From contig NC_068991.1 of the NCBI RefSeq assembly GCF_001194135.2, positions 42,005,408 through 42,069,407 on the forward strand: 64,000 nt of DNA, read 5' to 3'. Under the pieces are notes generated by a model. That model did no database searches, was not told where the DNA came from, and saw only the letters and a list, made by a program, of their open reading frames with translations. The DNA is from Octopus bimaculoides. Lineage: Eukaryota. This document shows positions 37,301-50,545 of this stretch, one piece after another (the first letter of the stretch is position 1; each line of letters starts with the position of its first letter). A program made the position numbers and the translations under genes.

Positions 37301-38453
37301 AGCTTTAGTGTTTTGGCAATCACCATTATTATCATCAATTTGAAAATCACTTTTTGCATGCTTGCATGGATCAGTCAGAATTTGATGCAGCAAGTTTTCT
37401 ATGGCTGAATGCCCTTCTTATCACCAACTCTCACCTGTTTCCAAGTAAGGAAACAGGTTTTCTTATGACCAGCTATGTTTTCCCAAGAGATTGGAAATGG
37501 ACACCTCTTGAATGATGGCAACATTTGCTTACAACTACCAGGTGATGTCAAGGTAAGGAGACACTAACACACATATACACACCACCCTGCTGACACACAA
37601 CATATGCAGCTAAAGACATTGCTATCATGTTAAAACTATTATTATAGTTGCCAGTTGATATTCAAAAGTTCATGGGTTGGAAATGGCAATCATCATATTG
37701 GTTTTAGTGTTGATAGTGGTTGTGTTGGTGTTGGTGAGAGACAGTGGTGATGATGAAGATTGATATATGTATATATATNNNNNNNNNNNNNNNNNNNNNN
37801 NNNNNNNNNNNNNNNNNNNNNNNNNNNNNNNNNNNNNNNNNNNNNNNNNNNNNNNNNNNNNNNNNNNNNNNNNNNNNNNNNNNNNNNNNNNNNNNNNNNN
37901 NNNNNNNNNNNNNNNNNNNNNNNNNNNNNNNNNNNNNNNNNNNNNNNNNNNNNNNNNNNNNNNNNNNNNNNNNNNNNNNNNNNNNNNNNNNNNNNNAAAT
38001 TGTTAAATTTATCCAAGTATAAGGTGAAATTGCAGGTCATGTCCCCAAATTGCTGATCATCTTTTACAATATATGTAAGTGAGAAATCCTGTAACCCAAG
38101 TTAGTCGTAAAGCGGGGAATACCTGTATATGTAATATTTGTATTTGGTAAGTCACCTTCTCAATTGTGAAAGCATAAACACACACACACACGTGTATATT
38201 TTATGCTCTTTTGAGTATACTTAAAGGCCAGACGCCCTCAGAATACTTGGACTTTGATCATGAATTGTTGAAGCAAATGTCCCTGTCTTTTCGATTTTGT
38301 CATTCTAATTGTTATCCATTTGACCAAAGCTAACAAAATAATAAACTATTTTGCCTAAAGTGAATGCAACACAAAGGGTTTGAGTTAAGGGCAGAAAAAA
38401 ATCCATCAAATATACAAATATAATTGCAAAGTAAACAGAAAACAAAACCCTAC

Positions 38454-38564
38454 CTGATGCATGTGGCCACAAGCCACTGATTACTCGTAACAAGGAGCTT
38501 TTACCACATCCACTTTCACCAGTTAATAATACATTTGTTCCGATTTGGAGTTGAAAGGTCAAGT
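38454..38564 (-). CDS. ABCD4: ABCD4-like exon (111 bp), Walker A
   Basis: ctttgaaag|AC TTG ACC...TCA G|gtaggg; (N)LTFQLQIGTNVLLTGESGCGKSSLLRVISGLWPHAS(G). Confidence 0.95.
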
Positions 38565-40757
38565 CTTTCAAAGAAGCAAGAAAGAGAAAATAAAAGAACA
38601 TTTTTGTATAATCACTAATTGATTATAATTAGTATACTCTATTATCTTATAATTAGCAATCCCACACTCACTTCTAAAATGTGAGGAGTTATGTAGCTTC
38701 TTGACAGTAAGAATCCCATTTTGCCCTGGCCCATTTCTTCCATACCTTATCCGTCTCTACTCCTCTTTCTCCTGGTATAAAGTCACTCTCTCCCATCCTA
38801 GTCATAGTCTTGCAAGTAGTATGGTGGCCTCACTAGTGCTGGTACCATGAGAAAAGCACCCAACAAATATTGCATCCAGCCATAGAAACCATGCCAAAGC
38901 AGACACTGGAGCACAATGCAGTCCTTAGGTCCACTGGATCCTGTCAAACCATGCAACTCATGCCAGCATGGAACATGGACATCAAATGATGATGATGATG
39001 ACAATGATATTATTATATAATTAGTATATTATATTATTTTAATAACTCTTACAAGATCTCTCTGGGCAATAAATTTTATTTGGATGTAGACATTACATTG
39101 ATGATGAAGATGATACATATACATACATATATACGTACATACATATATACATACTCACACATGCACACACACACACATTTATATATATTACATTAATGAA
39201 TTCACAGAATAATAAGAGAATCAGATAGATTACTTTGCAACATTTGGTTCCAACTCTCTACAGTCTAAGTTCAAATCTTGCCTAGACCAACTTTTTTCTT
39301 CATTATTTTTTTTTTTTTTGGTGGGGAGAAGGGGTAAATAAATGAATTACCAGTCATGTACTGAGATTGTTTTTGTGATAAGATACAAATGGCTTGCTAG
39401 TACCCCAAGCAGTGTCAATGCAAAGACATGTCAGATTCATTGTGCCGAGAGAAGGTAACAAAGGGGGACCTCTCACAGCTTCTGTCTTTCCAGAAATGGT
39501 GGAAAGTTAAGTAAGAATCTAGAAACATCTCAAAGAAAAACCAATATGATAATGAACCATCCAAGAAGAGATTAATGTGCAATGCAGCATGGAATGGAAA
39601 TACAGGAAAGAAATGTAATCATGTTGTCAAAAGCTTGATGAATGTTGTGTTTGCAAAAGTGCTAAGTTTGCTGAGATTTATTAAAAGAAAAAATGGTGTC
39701 CTTGACTTCCTTAGTGGCAATATGGAAAAAAAAACAAAAACCCAATTCTTGGCTTGTGTCATTGAAATATGTATTGTTGTAATACAAGGCCACCACACAT
39801 CCTTTCTTTGAGTCATATCTGCTCATAAAGGCAGGTTTCTTATTCCAATCTAAATGGTATCTGAATAGATGAGGATTTTCTTGCAGGTAAGCCTGTTAGT
39901 CCACCATGAGTCAACTGTTAACTACTAAGATAAATAGATTAATAACAGTTATACTGAGACAAGTAGGACTAAGAGCAAGGTTATGACAATACCTGCAAAG
40001 GCATATTAATCCATATACCAACAGCAAAATGTCCCTACTTCTAAGAAATCTTTCAATGCTAGATATTTAATGTACAATATTAAAGAATTCAGTATAATAA
40101 GCTAAATGATTACTATCAACTAAGCAATATAGTGTGCATAGACAACTGCAGTAACACCAGTGTATCACTGGTATATATATCTTTATTGACTTTCCCTACT
40201 ATAGAGAAATGAAAGCAATATCAACTCTGCTCAGGTTCTTACACAATGATTTATTGATCTTGATGATTTAAAATATCTGGTTTAGTTACTGGTATTTAGC
40301 TTCAAGTTGGAACCAAACAAGCAGACCTATGTTTAAAGGTGCACACCCTGTCTTTTTACTCAGAGTATCCAATGTCTTCTTCCTTTTCTACAACATTTGA
40401 GCATGATCTGAGGGAGATCTGGTCACAGTTTCTAGCCAGCCAAGTGAGGCTCCCTATTGTGTCATCTAGTCCTTTTTATAATCCATTGTACCTGTTACTA
40501 CCAGAATTTAGTCTATCTATTCTTTTACTTTTACTTGTTTCAGTCATTTGACTGTGGCCATGCTGGAGCACCACTTTAAAGTGTTTTTTTGTCGAAAAAA
40601 TTAACCCCAGGGCTCATTCTTTGTAAGTCTAATACTTATTCTAGCGGTCTCTTTTGTCAAACTGCTAAGTTATGGGTACATAAACACACCAACATCAGTT
40701 GTCAAGAGATAGTGGTGGGGGGACAAACACAGACACACAAAGACATGCACACATAAG

Positions 40758-40793
<36 letters not shown>

Positions 40794-40937
40794 AACACAC
40801 AATGGGCTTCTTTCAGTTTTCATCTACCAAATCCACTCACAAAGGTTTGGTGGGACTGAACTTGGAACCATGTGGTTGAAAAGCAAGCTTCTTACCATTG
40901 AAAAAAAAAACAGTTGAATCAACATATGGAAACTTAC

Positions 40938-41011
40938 TTTTACAAAGAATCACATTAGATCTAGGTATGTTGTATGAAACATTCTGTACTTTGAAAGCAA
41001 CATTTGAGCAA
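40938..41011 (-). CDS. ABCD4: ABCD4-like exon (74 bp), start of NBD
   Basis: ccttcag|T TGC TCA...TGT AAA A|gtaagt; (S)CSNVAFKVQNVSYNIPRSNVILCK(N); typical ABCD NBD first strands; phases fit. Confidence 0.85.
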
Positions 41012-41343
41012 CTGAAGGAATCTTCTGTAAGGGAAGATCTATAAAAAGAACAGTCATTTATAAATCTGAAAATAAAATGGAAATATTTACAAAAATAGCT
41101 GTCTATCTGGGAAATATCAAAAACAAAAACTGCTTCTAAAACATTAATGAATTATATTCAACTTTTAAGCAATCCATTCAAGATCAACAATAAAGTGAAT
41201 GTGATAGGCTCTGTCTACAACATTCTCTAACAAACATGCTAACAGCTACACAACAAACATTAACTACAAATAAATATGCCACACAATGTGCTTTGACTGC
41301 AGTTCTAAATAAGGCCAAGGAAGGAGTTCTCTCTGTATTAGTC

Positions 41344-41424
<81 letters not shown>

Positions 41425-41552
41425 GATAGATAGATAGATAGATGCATGCATGCGTGCGTACATACATACCTACCTACCTACCTACCTACCTACCTACATA
41501 CGTACATACATACATACATACATACATACATACATACATACATACATACATA

Positions 41553-42720
41553 CTGGGTGTAACAGCAAAATTGTCACGCTTACAAATTGTTAAAATTTTT
41601 TTAAACCAATAAACAATAAACAAATCGATTTGCAATTTTCCATTTTTCCAGCTAAGACATCTATCTGGCCATATTAACACCAGTTTTTGTAAGAAACCCA
41701 TTGAGATATTTTGTTAGAAAGAGAACAGGTTGAAATCGTTTGGTACCAGCCTCACCAAGTCTTCCCAAATGAGCAATGCTGAGAGGGCTAAGATCATCTT
41801 GACCTTGGCTCCTATCTTCAAAGTCCATTCAAGAACCATCAAGAGAATTGTGAATAAGTTTGAGAAAGAGGAAATAGTAGAAAGGAAAACTGGATCAGGA
41901 AGTCATAACCACAAGAGGGATTATTGTTTCAATCTGGAATTGAAGAGATCAATCAGAAGAGATCCATCTCAATCCATAAGAGGTTTGGCATGTAAGAGAG
42001 GAGTTTTGGTTAGGAAAGTTCTAAGAGTGGTGACGGAAGACTTGAAAATGAAATCATACCAAAACTTGTGAGGCACCTTGTTACTCCAGGACCAAAGGTT
42101 AGAAGGTTGAAGAGGGTGAAGATCATCTTGAACCAAGTGAAACATAATCCTGGAGTGACCTCTTACACAGATGAGAAAAATTTCACCCACGATATGCACA
42201 CAAATAGATGCAAGAGCTGCATTCTGGCTTCACCTCCTCATGAGAGAGCCAAAAATGTCATTTTCAAGAGCAAAAACCTTGCCAAGGTGATGATTTTTGC
42301 CTGTGTGGCCTGTAATGGCAAGAAGATGCCATTGATCACCTTTGAGAAGGCTGAGAAATTGACAGAAATTTGTTATGTTCAGGTTTTGAAAGATGTAAAG
42401 ACCTGGAATCATTTTGAATATCCTAAGGTAAGAAATGAGGGAAACCCCAACAACATCACTAAGAACTTCAAGTTTACATTCCAGCAAGGTGGGGCACCTT
42501 ATCACACAAGTGCAGTGGCTCAAAAATTTCTCAGGGAAAAGTTTAGGAACAGGTTTGGAGATAAGGACACCTGACCTCTTCATCACCTGATTTGAACCCT
42601 TTAGAACTGGAATGAACTGGTCAGAAAAGCTTGTGAGAAGCCCCACAATAACCTGCAAACCTTCAAAAACCTCCACTGACATATAAGAACATATGAATGG
42701 TTGAAGTAAATAGGCAGCAG
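41553..42720 (+). mobile_element. Tc1/mariner-superfamily element (maT/DD37D-like), decayed
   Basis: TA then CTGGGTGTAACAGC; HTH ERKTGSG; YTDEKNF, VMIFACV, FQQGGAPYHT, PDLNPL after frameshift; right TIR not found. Confidence 0.8.
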
Positions 42721-42779
42721 ACAATCAGATGTTGCTATTTCATATCTTGTCACCAGCACTGTAGTATAGACATGATGTA

Positions 42780-43125
42780 ATGGGTAGAGGATAAAGACCC
42801 TCTTTGGTCATAAATGACCATGGGATTGCACCTAGAAAGTTCTCCTCCAAGGCACAAGTCTGGGTAAGGTTGTTTATGGAAGACCAGCAGTTGCCCATAC
42901 ATACCAGCCTCCCCTCTCCACACACCACTGATGTTATCCAAGGGAAAGGCAAAGGTTGATACAGCTTGGCACCAATGATGTCACAACTCATTTCTACAAC
43001 TGAGTGAACTAGAGCAATGTGAAATAAAGTGTCTTGCTCAAGAACACAACACACAGCCCAGTCTGAGAATCAAACTCACAACCTCATGATTGTGAGCCCA
43101 ATGCTCTAACCACTGAGCCATGCAA
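42780..43125 (-). mobile_element. tRNA-derived SINE (second family)
   Basis: Reverse-complement match to 46095-46420 and 51145-51425 (ggctcagtggttagag head, ttgagcaagacact core). Confidence 0.75.
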
Positions 43126-44578
43126 GGGATTTAAATATCAAAGTCCAATCTGATATATGTGTAGGCCATGTAACCACACATACATTTCTTGGACTTGTTT
43201 CTTTCTCTCCAGACCTTTTCTCTCTACTCTTTCTCACAAAGAGCCATGCTCGAAATGTTTATACACCCACTCTTTTCTCCATCTTACACTGAGTTTCACC
43301 CTAATACATTCCATGTGTACATCTTTTTGACTTATGTTGTTTTGTTATTTTTAATTTTCGATTTGCCCTTTAAAATTGATTTTGTGTTTTGTTAACTGAC
43401 AATGCTGAGATCAACTGCTCCTGCACATAGAGATTGTCTTAGAGTTTCTTAATGGAGATGTAACTGCCAATGGTAGCATCACAATCCTGTTCTCTTTCTT
43501 TCACACTGAAGTGAAGACTGTCATGACTGCCACCAGACACTACACAATTAAAAACTGTCAATAATGAACTTATAATTTAAATTATAATCAAATATCCTTC
43601 TTTTCACTTTTTGTTACATTTTTTAACTCCAGTTATAAAGTAAAGTGTATATGAATTTTTTTTACATTTTTAACTTGTTATAAAGAGACTATATGCATTT
43701 TATAACAATCTAAATTCTTAACTTCAGTTATTATATAGGAGGTATATGGATTTTTTTTTTTAGCATTTTTTGCATTTTTAATTCCGGTTATTTTGAAGGA
43801 TATATAACCATACAGCAAAGTTTATTTTATAACCATCATACATCTTTGTTTCATTAACTGATCTATACCAAATTAGGCTTCCATTGGTTTTAATTTAAAT
43901 GTATGTATCAAGGAATACTAAAAACAGAAAATGATAAAAAAAAAATTGAATATATTCAAATGACTACTTGATAATTCTAATGTTGTTCAGAGCAGAAAAT
44001 ACAACCAACATAGAAATGGTATATGAATGAATAAATAAATAAATGTATGTAAATAATAAAACATGATATTGAGTCCATATTATTTTGAAGAAGATATTAG
44101 ATATAGGAAAAATTAGTTCAATCCCATTTTAAAGCAGACAGATTTACATTTCATCCACATAAAAGTTAAAATTCTCTCAGATCAAAAAAAAAACAAAAAA
44201 AAAACAAACTCCTAACTGGTTCAATGCCTCAATGTTTGGTTAGCCCTTTAGCATTTAAACTGATCATACTCTTTATGTTCAAACTGGTCAAATCCAGCCT
44301 CTCACACTAATCTAACAATGTCATTTCTTAAAATAAACAATCACATCTTAAAGCTATGAGATAATCCATGATGAACTCAAGAGAATGTGAATAACTATGT
44401 ATTACACTTGACAGAATAATTTGAATGTTAAAGGGTTAAACAAAATCAAAATTATCAAGTGAGAAACTTCTAATGTTAGTAATAGGATAGTCTGGTTACA
44501 GAAAAGACAAAATAGTAAGGAAGAAGGATCCAAAAAAGAAAATAAAAAAAAGAAAATTTTTCCTGTCTCATAGAATAC

Positions 44579-44665
44579 CTTCTCTCTGTTGAATTGGCAT
44601 ACGTGGTTATCAAGGGTTTCTCACTGTTCTTCAGTTGAAGCAAAGTTTCAAACAGCAGTCCAACA
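44579..44665 (-). CDS. ABCD4: ABCD4-like exon (87 bp), TMD-NBD linker
   Basis: attgcag|T GTT GGA...AGA AG|gtattc; (R)VGLLFETLLQLKNSEKPLITTYANSTER(S); phase 2-2 fits both neighbours. Confidence 0.85.
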
Positions 44666-45304
44666 CTGCAATATCAGAAACATTTTATTTTAACCAATTA
44701 CCATCCACAATCACCACCATCATCATCATCATTGGCCTTATCATCATTATTGTAATGTCCACTTGTCTATGCTTACATGCTTCAGACAGAATTAGATGAG
44801 GTAGATTTTATATAGCCTGAGGCCCTTGCTGTTGCCAGCGCATACCTGTTTCTATTGGAAACAAATAATCTAGACAAAGCTACATAGTGAACTAGAAACA
44901 AACAACACTTCAAATAGTTTCAGTCTTCCTTCCGAAATCAAGTGATCTGGTGATCTTGAAACTGGGATTAGTGGGGAGTTATCTCCCTGCTGGCAACATA
45001 AACAAGCAATACAAGTTTTTCTCATGCTATCTACCACAGTAAAGTTTATTCTAACAGAACATCCACAATTAAATGGGAATAAATCTAACCTCTCTGTTGC
45101 TAATATATAACTGACATTGTATTTCCATGTCAGAGTGTGTTATCTTTTTTGCACAGTGGTTAATAGTTAAGCTTAAGACTTTTTCATATATTAAGTGCAG
45201 GTATGGATATGTGCTTAAGAAGTTCACTGCCCAACCACATTCAACTAAGAATGCTTCATGGCAATGCTCAAGCATAGCTGCAGTCTAATGACTGAACAAA
45301 AAGA

Positions 45305-45650
45305 AGATAAAAGATAGTGGTGAAGATGATGATGATGATGATGATAATGGTAGTGAAGGTGATGGTGTTGATGACGATGCTGGTAAAGACAACAACTGAC
45401 AATGGTTGTGGTGATACTGATTATGATGATAGTGGTGGTGGTGGTGGTGGTGGTGGTGATGATGGTGGTGGTGGTGGTGGTGGTGATGGTGGTGGTGGTG
45501 GTGGTGGTGGTGGTGGCAATGATAACAATGGTAGTGATAACGCTGATGGTGACTATGATTATGGTGGTGGTAGTGATGATGATAATAATGGTGGTGGTGG
45601 TGGTGATGATGAAGATAACAAGAATGACATGGGTAGTAATGATGATAGAT
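45305..45650. repeat. (GGT)n/(GAT)n trinucleotide repeat
   Basis: Directly visible; explains poly-G/V/T ORFs. Confidence 0.95.
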
Positions 45651-45788
45651 GATTTAAGTGTGACTGTATGTAGCATAATAGATTACAAATATAAAAGAAA
45701 TTTTAGTTTATACAATTCAATGTAAGCAAAAAATGGGTTTCATATGAAACAAAAAAAAAATACAGCAACAATTAGAAATACTTCTCAC

Positions 45789-45880
45789 CGGTGAGCAAGA
45801 CCAGCTGTCATAGCAGCATTCACAGACAAATCAATTAGTCTGGTGAAGTTGTTTATTAAATATATTATAATGAAGGCATT
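45789..45880 (-). CDS. ABCD4: ABCD4-like exon (92 bp)
   Basis: ttttttcag|AAT GCC TTC...CAC CG|gtgaga; NAFIIIYLINNFTRLIDLSVNAAMTAGLAH(R), matching last TM helix of ABCD4 (NAFVCIYL...AGYTHR). Confidence 0.92.
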
Positions 45881-47332
45881 CTGAAAAAAAAAAAAATAGA
45901 TATGTAAAATTATATACAGGTGCAGGCATAGCTATGTGGTTAAGAAGTTTACTTCCAAGCCTCAAGGCTTTGGGTCCAATCTCACTGCATTGCACCTTGA
46001 GTAACTGTCTTCTATAACCCTAAGCTGACCAAAGCCTTGTAAGTGGATTAGGAAGATGGAAACTAGAAGACACTCATTGTGTATATATATGAAGGTGCAT
46101 GGCTCAGTGGTTGGAACACCAGGCTCACAACCATGAGGTTGTGAGTTCAATTCCTGGATCAGGTTGTGTGTTGTGCTCTCAAGCAAGACACTTTATTTCA
46201 CATTGTTCCAGTTCACTCATCTTTGGAAATGAATAGCGATGTTACTGGTGCCAAGCTGTATCTGCCATTGCTTTTCCCTTAGATAATATCAGTGGGATGG
46301 AGAGGGGAGGATGGTATGCATGGGCGATTGCTGGTCTTCTATAAAAACAACCTTGCCCAGACTTGTGCCTAGGAAGGGAACTTTCTAGGTGCAATTCCAT
46401 GGTCATTCATGACGAAAGGGGGTCCTATATATATATATATATATNNNNNNNNNNNNNNNNNNNNNNNNNNNNNNNNNNNNNNNNNNNNNNNNNNNNNNNN
46501 NNNNNNNNNNNNNNNNNNNNNNNNNNNNNNNNNNNNNNNNNNNNNNNNNNNNNNNNNNNNNNNNNNNNNNNNNNNNNNNNNNNNNNNNNNNNNNNNNNNN
46601 NNNNNNNNNNNNNNNNNNNNNNNNNNNNNNNNNNNNNNNNNNNNNNNNNNNNNNNNNNNNNNNNNNNNNNNNNNNNNNNNNNNNNNNNNNNNNNNNNNNN
46701 NNNNNNNNNNNNNNNNNNNNNNNNNNNNNNNNNNNNNNNNNNNNNNNNNNNNNNNNNNNNNNNNNNNNNNNNNNNNNNNNNNNNNNNNNNNNNNNNNNNN
46801 NNNNNNNNNNNNNNNNNNNNNNNNNNNNNNNNNNNNNNNNNNNNNNNNNNNNNNNNNNNNNNNNNNNNNNNNNNNNNNNNNNNNNNNNNNNNNNNNNNNN
46901 NNNNNNNNNNNNNNNNNNNNNNNNNNNNNNNNNNNNNNNNNNNNNNNNNNNNNNNNNNNNNNNNNNNNNNNNNNNNNNNNNNNNNNNNNNNNNNNNNNNN
47001 NNNNNNNNNNNNNNNNNNNNNNNNNNNNNNNNNNNNNNNNNNNNNNNNNNNNNNNNNNNNNNNNNNNNNNNNNNNNNNNNNNNNNNNNNNNNNNCAATAT
47101 ACTTCACTTTATCGTGCAATTACTGTTAATACTTCATTTAGAGAATTAACATAACTTCCCTTGGCAAACAGGACACAGCAGTGTGTCGATAAGCCAGCTG
47201 GAGGAGATGTCCTCCTGGGGCTAAAAGCAACAGTAACATCCACCCCTAGGGGTCAGCCACACTTAAGTGGCAATATACTTCACTTTATCGTGCAGTTACT
47301 GTTAATACTTCATTTAGAGAATTAACATTGCT

Positions 47333-47372
<40 letters not shown>

Positions 47373-47834
47373 TGTATATGGTTCAAATGTACAGGAAACA
47401 AAAGACAGAGCCAAGCGAGGGAATAACAAGCAAGTGTATTAGTTTGACACTAGGGGAAAATGGACGTCTTTGACATTTTGAGCCTACATTCTATGACAGA
47501 AAGAGATGATAGGAAAAAAATGGAAAGTGTAAAAAAAAAAAAATGTGTTGGGTTTAATGGTTTCACATGTTGAAATGACCAGAAGAAATAAGCCATTGGA
47601 AGGGGAGATAAGAGTGACCCGGCCAAAAAGGGGTGTGCAAGCACATATGTATGTGAGAATGGTGTGTGTGAGTGTATGTGTGTATGTGGGGGGGGGGGGG
47701 CAATACGTGTGTATGAATATGTACATGAGCATAAGATTATGTAAGCCTATGTATGTGTATGGGAGCATGTGTGTGTAGATGTATAAGTAAACAAATATGT
47801 ACGCTCTGTAAAGTGATACGCGTTCCATGTAATC

Positions 47835-47887
<53 letters not shown>

Positions 47888-47991
47888 CCACAGCTCTATG
47901 TACTGACAGGGGAGATAACTGCCCTACAGCAAGCAAGATCACTAATACTAACTAGCTAGTTTTGCTTAGCTCATCAGTAGTAACTACTCCG

Positions 47992-48039
<48 letters not shown>

Positions 48040-48318
48040 NNNNNNNNNNNNNNNNNNNNNNNNNNNNNNNNNNNNNNNNNNNNNNNNNNNNNNNNNNNNN
48101 NNNNNNNNNNNNNNNNNNNNNNNNNNNNNNNNNNNNNNNNNNNNNNNNNNNNNNNNNNNNNNNNNNNNNNNNNNNNNNNNNNNNNNNNNNNNNNNNNNNN
48201 NNNNNNNNNNNNNNNNNNNNNNNNNNNNNNNNNNNNNNNNNNNNNNNNNNNNNNNNNNNNNNNNNNNNNNNNNNNNNNNNNNNNNNNNNNNNNNNNNNNN
48301 NNNNNNNNNNNNNNNNNN

Positions 48319-48366
<48 letters not shown>

Positions 48367-48539
48367 TGGATTCTTTCAGTTTCTGTCTACCAAATCCACT
48401 CACAACGCTTTGGTCAATCCGAAGCTATAGTAGAAGACACTTGCCCAATGTGCCACACAGTTGGACTGAACCTGGAACCATGTGGTTGGGAAGCAAGCTT
48501 CTTACCACACAGCCACGGCTGCGCCTATATATAAAATAT

Positions 48540-49072
48540 GGGTGGCTTATTAACAATTTAACAACCTGGAGGCAAATTTATAGACGTCACTAAAGTGACA
48601 GAGGGTACAAAGTGGTACCAGCATTGACAGAAATAAGAGTCAAAATGACTCATTAGCCACAACAGCACTATCTTAATAAGCTGACAAGGGAGACAAAGCT
48701 TCCTACTTTTGCAGATACAGCCATATCACCAATGATTTTGAATTTTGATATAAAGCATCTTAATTCCCATCAGTGGCTCTTACTACACCTAGAGTTAAGT
48801 TCAACTCACCGCATCAACTTATAAGAAAAACCGCTGAAAACATGAGCTGATTTCAAAAACGATAGAAGTGAAAGCTTTAAACAATTTGGGTGGTTTATTC
48901 GCAATTTAACCTAAAGGCAAATTTATAGATGTCACTAAAGTGACAGGGGGTACAAAGTGGTGCCAGCATTGCTAGAAATAATAGTCAAAATGACTCATTA
49001 GCCACAAAAGCACTATCTTAATAAGCTGACAAAGGCAACAAAGCTCCCTATGGCTGCAGATATAAGCCATAT
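48540..49072 (+). repeat. Pair of ~185-bp direct repeats
   Basis: 48540-48726 and 48888-49072 share ggcaaatttataga.gtcactaaagtgaca...gtcaaaatgactcattagccaca..gcactatcttaataagctgaca. Confidence 0.85.
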
Positions 49073-49625
49073 ATATACATATATAGGTGTGTGTATATAT
49101 GCGTGTGTTGTGGATGTGTGTGTGTCACCTGGTCTTGACATCAAGTGAGAGTTGTACATGAGCATCACCATTATACAAGTGGTGTTCTTAATACATAGGG
49201 AGTTTGGACACAGGTAAAAGTTAGTTCTTCCTTTCCAGTCTTCCATATGCAGTGAGGCTTCTGCCAAGATTTGAAAAAGCCTTGCTCAGAATTCTAGCTG
49301 AGAACCTCAACATAAGTATATTTCTAAATAAAACAAAGCCAGTTATAAAAAAATTGTGTTGCCATAAAAGAGATTAATGCCTACACAAACAGTTTGGCCA
49401 GTCAGCATTAGCTGAATTGTAACAACTGACATGCTGAACTTCAGCCAAATAAACCTTTCTAGAAACTTCATTGGGCATCAATAAAAGTTGACAAAATGAA
49501 CACCTGGTAGTCATCCAGAAGTCTTATTGCTGTGATCTGTGAGATGGTGTCTCACCCTGTTTTCTTATATAACACCTAAAATGCTACTCAAAGCTATGTC
49601 AGTCAACTTTGTGACAAGGCATCAC

Positions 49626-50545
49626 CGTCGTCGTTTAACATCTGTTTTCCTTGCTGGTATGGGTTGAACGGTTTGACTAGAGACTGGTAAACCAGTAGGC
49701 TGCGCCAAGCTCCAATCTGATCTGGCAAGGTTTCGACAGCTGGATGCCCGTCCTAACGCCAACCACTCTGAGAGAGTTGTGAGTGTTTTTTACATGCCAC
49801 CGGCACTGGCATCAATCCATGCTTGAATAGTGCTTATTACATGCCACCAGCATGGGTGCAAGTCAGGCGGCACTGGCATCAGCCACAACTACAATTCCCA
49901 TTTTGATTTTGATCTTGATTTGATTTTGATCTTACTTGACTCAAAAAGCCTTCTCAAGCACAGCACACCCAATGATTCAAGGGTACTTTTAGATGGGCTG
50001 GTTATGCAACACTGGTATAGGCTACAGCTGTGATGTCACTTAACTTGCCAGGTTTTCTCAATCACAGCATATCTCCAAAGGTCTGTCTCTTGTCATTGTC
50101 TCTGTGAGGCCCAACGTTCGAAAGTCGTGCTTCACCACCTCATCCCATATCTTCCTGGGTCTCCCTCTTCTACAGGTTCCTTCCACTGTTAGGGTGTGAC
50201 ACTTCTTCACACGGATCTCCTCATCCATATGCAGCACATGACCATACCAGCGCAATTGTCTCTCTTGTACACCACGTCTGATACTTCTTATGTCCAGCAT
50301 TTCTCTCAGCGCTCTCACACTGACATTACACATCCAGCGGATCATACTAGCTACATTTCTCAACAGTCATGGCCCATGTTTCATTACCGTGTAGCAAGGC
50401 TGTTCAAACACATGCATCATACAGTCTACCTTTCACTCTGAGCAAGAGACCCTTTGTTACCAGCAGAGATAGGAGCTTTCTGAACTTTGCCCAGGCTATT
50501 CTTATTCTAGTGGCAACGCTCTCAGAGCATTCACCCCGATAAACA
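49626..50545 (-). mobile_element. RTE LINE 3' fragment
   Basis: RWYGHVLHMD..GTCRRGRPRKIWDEVV plus typical 3' end; another 3' end at ~50596-50790. Confidence 0.85.

Noticed and set aside
47462-47505. Hammerhead-like relic on minus strand in a Penelope-like fragment
   Set aside because: Core, stem II and GAAA are all mutated (ctgtcat...aaaatgtc); at best a dead copy.
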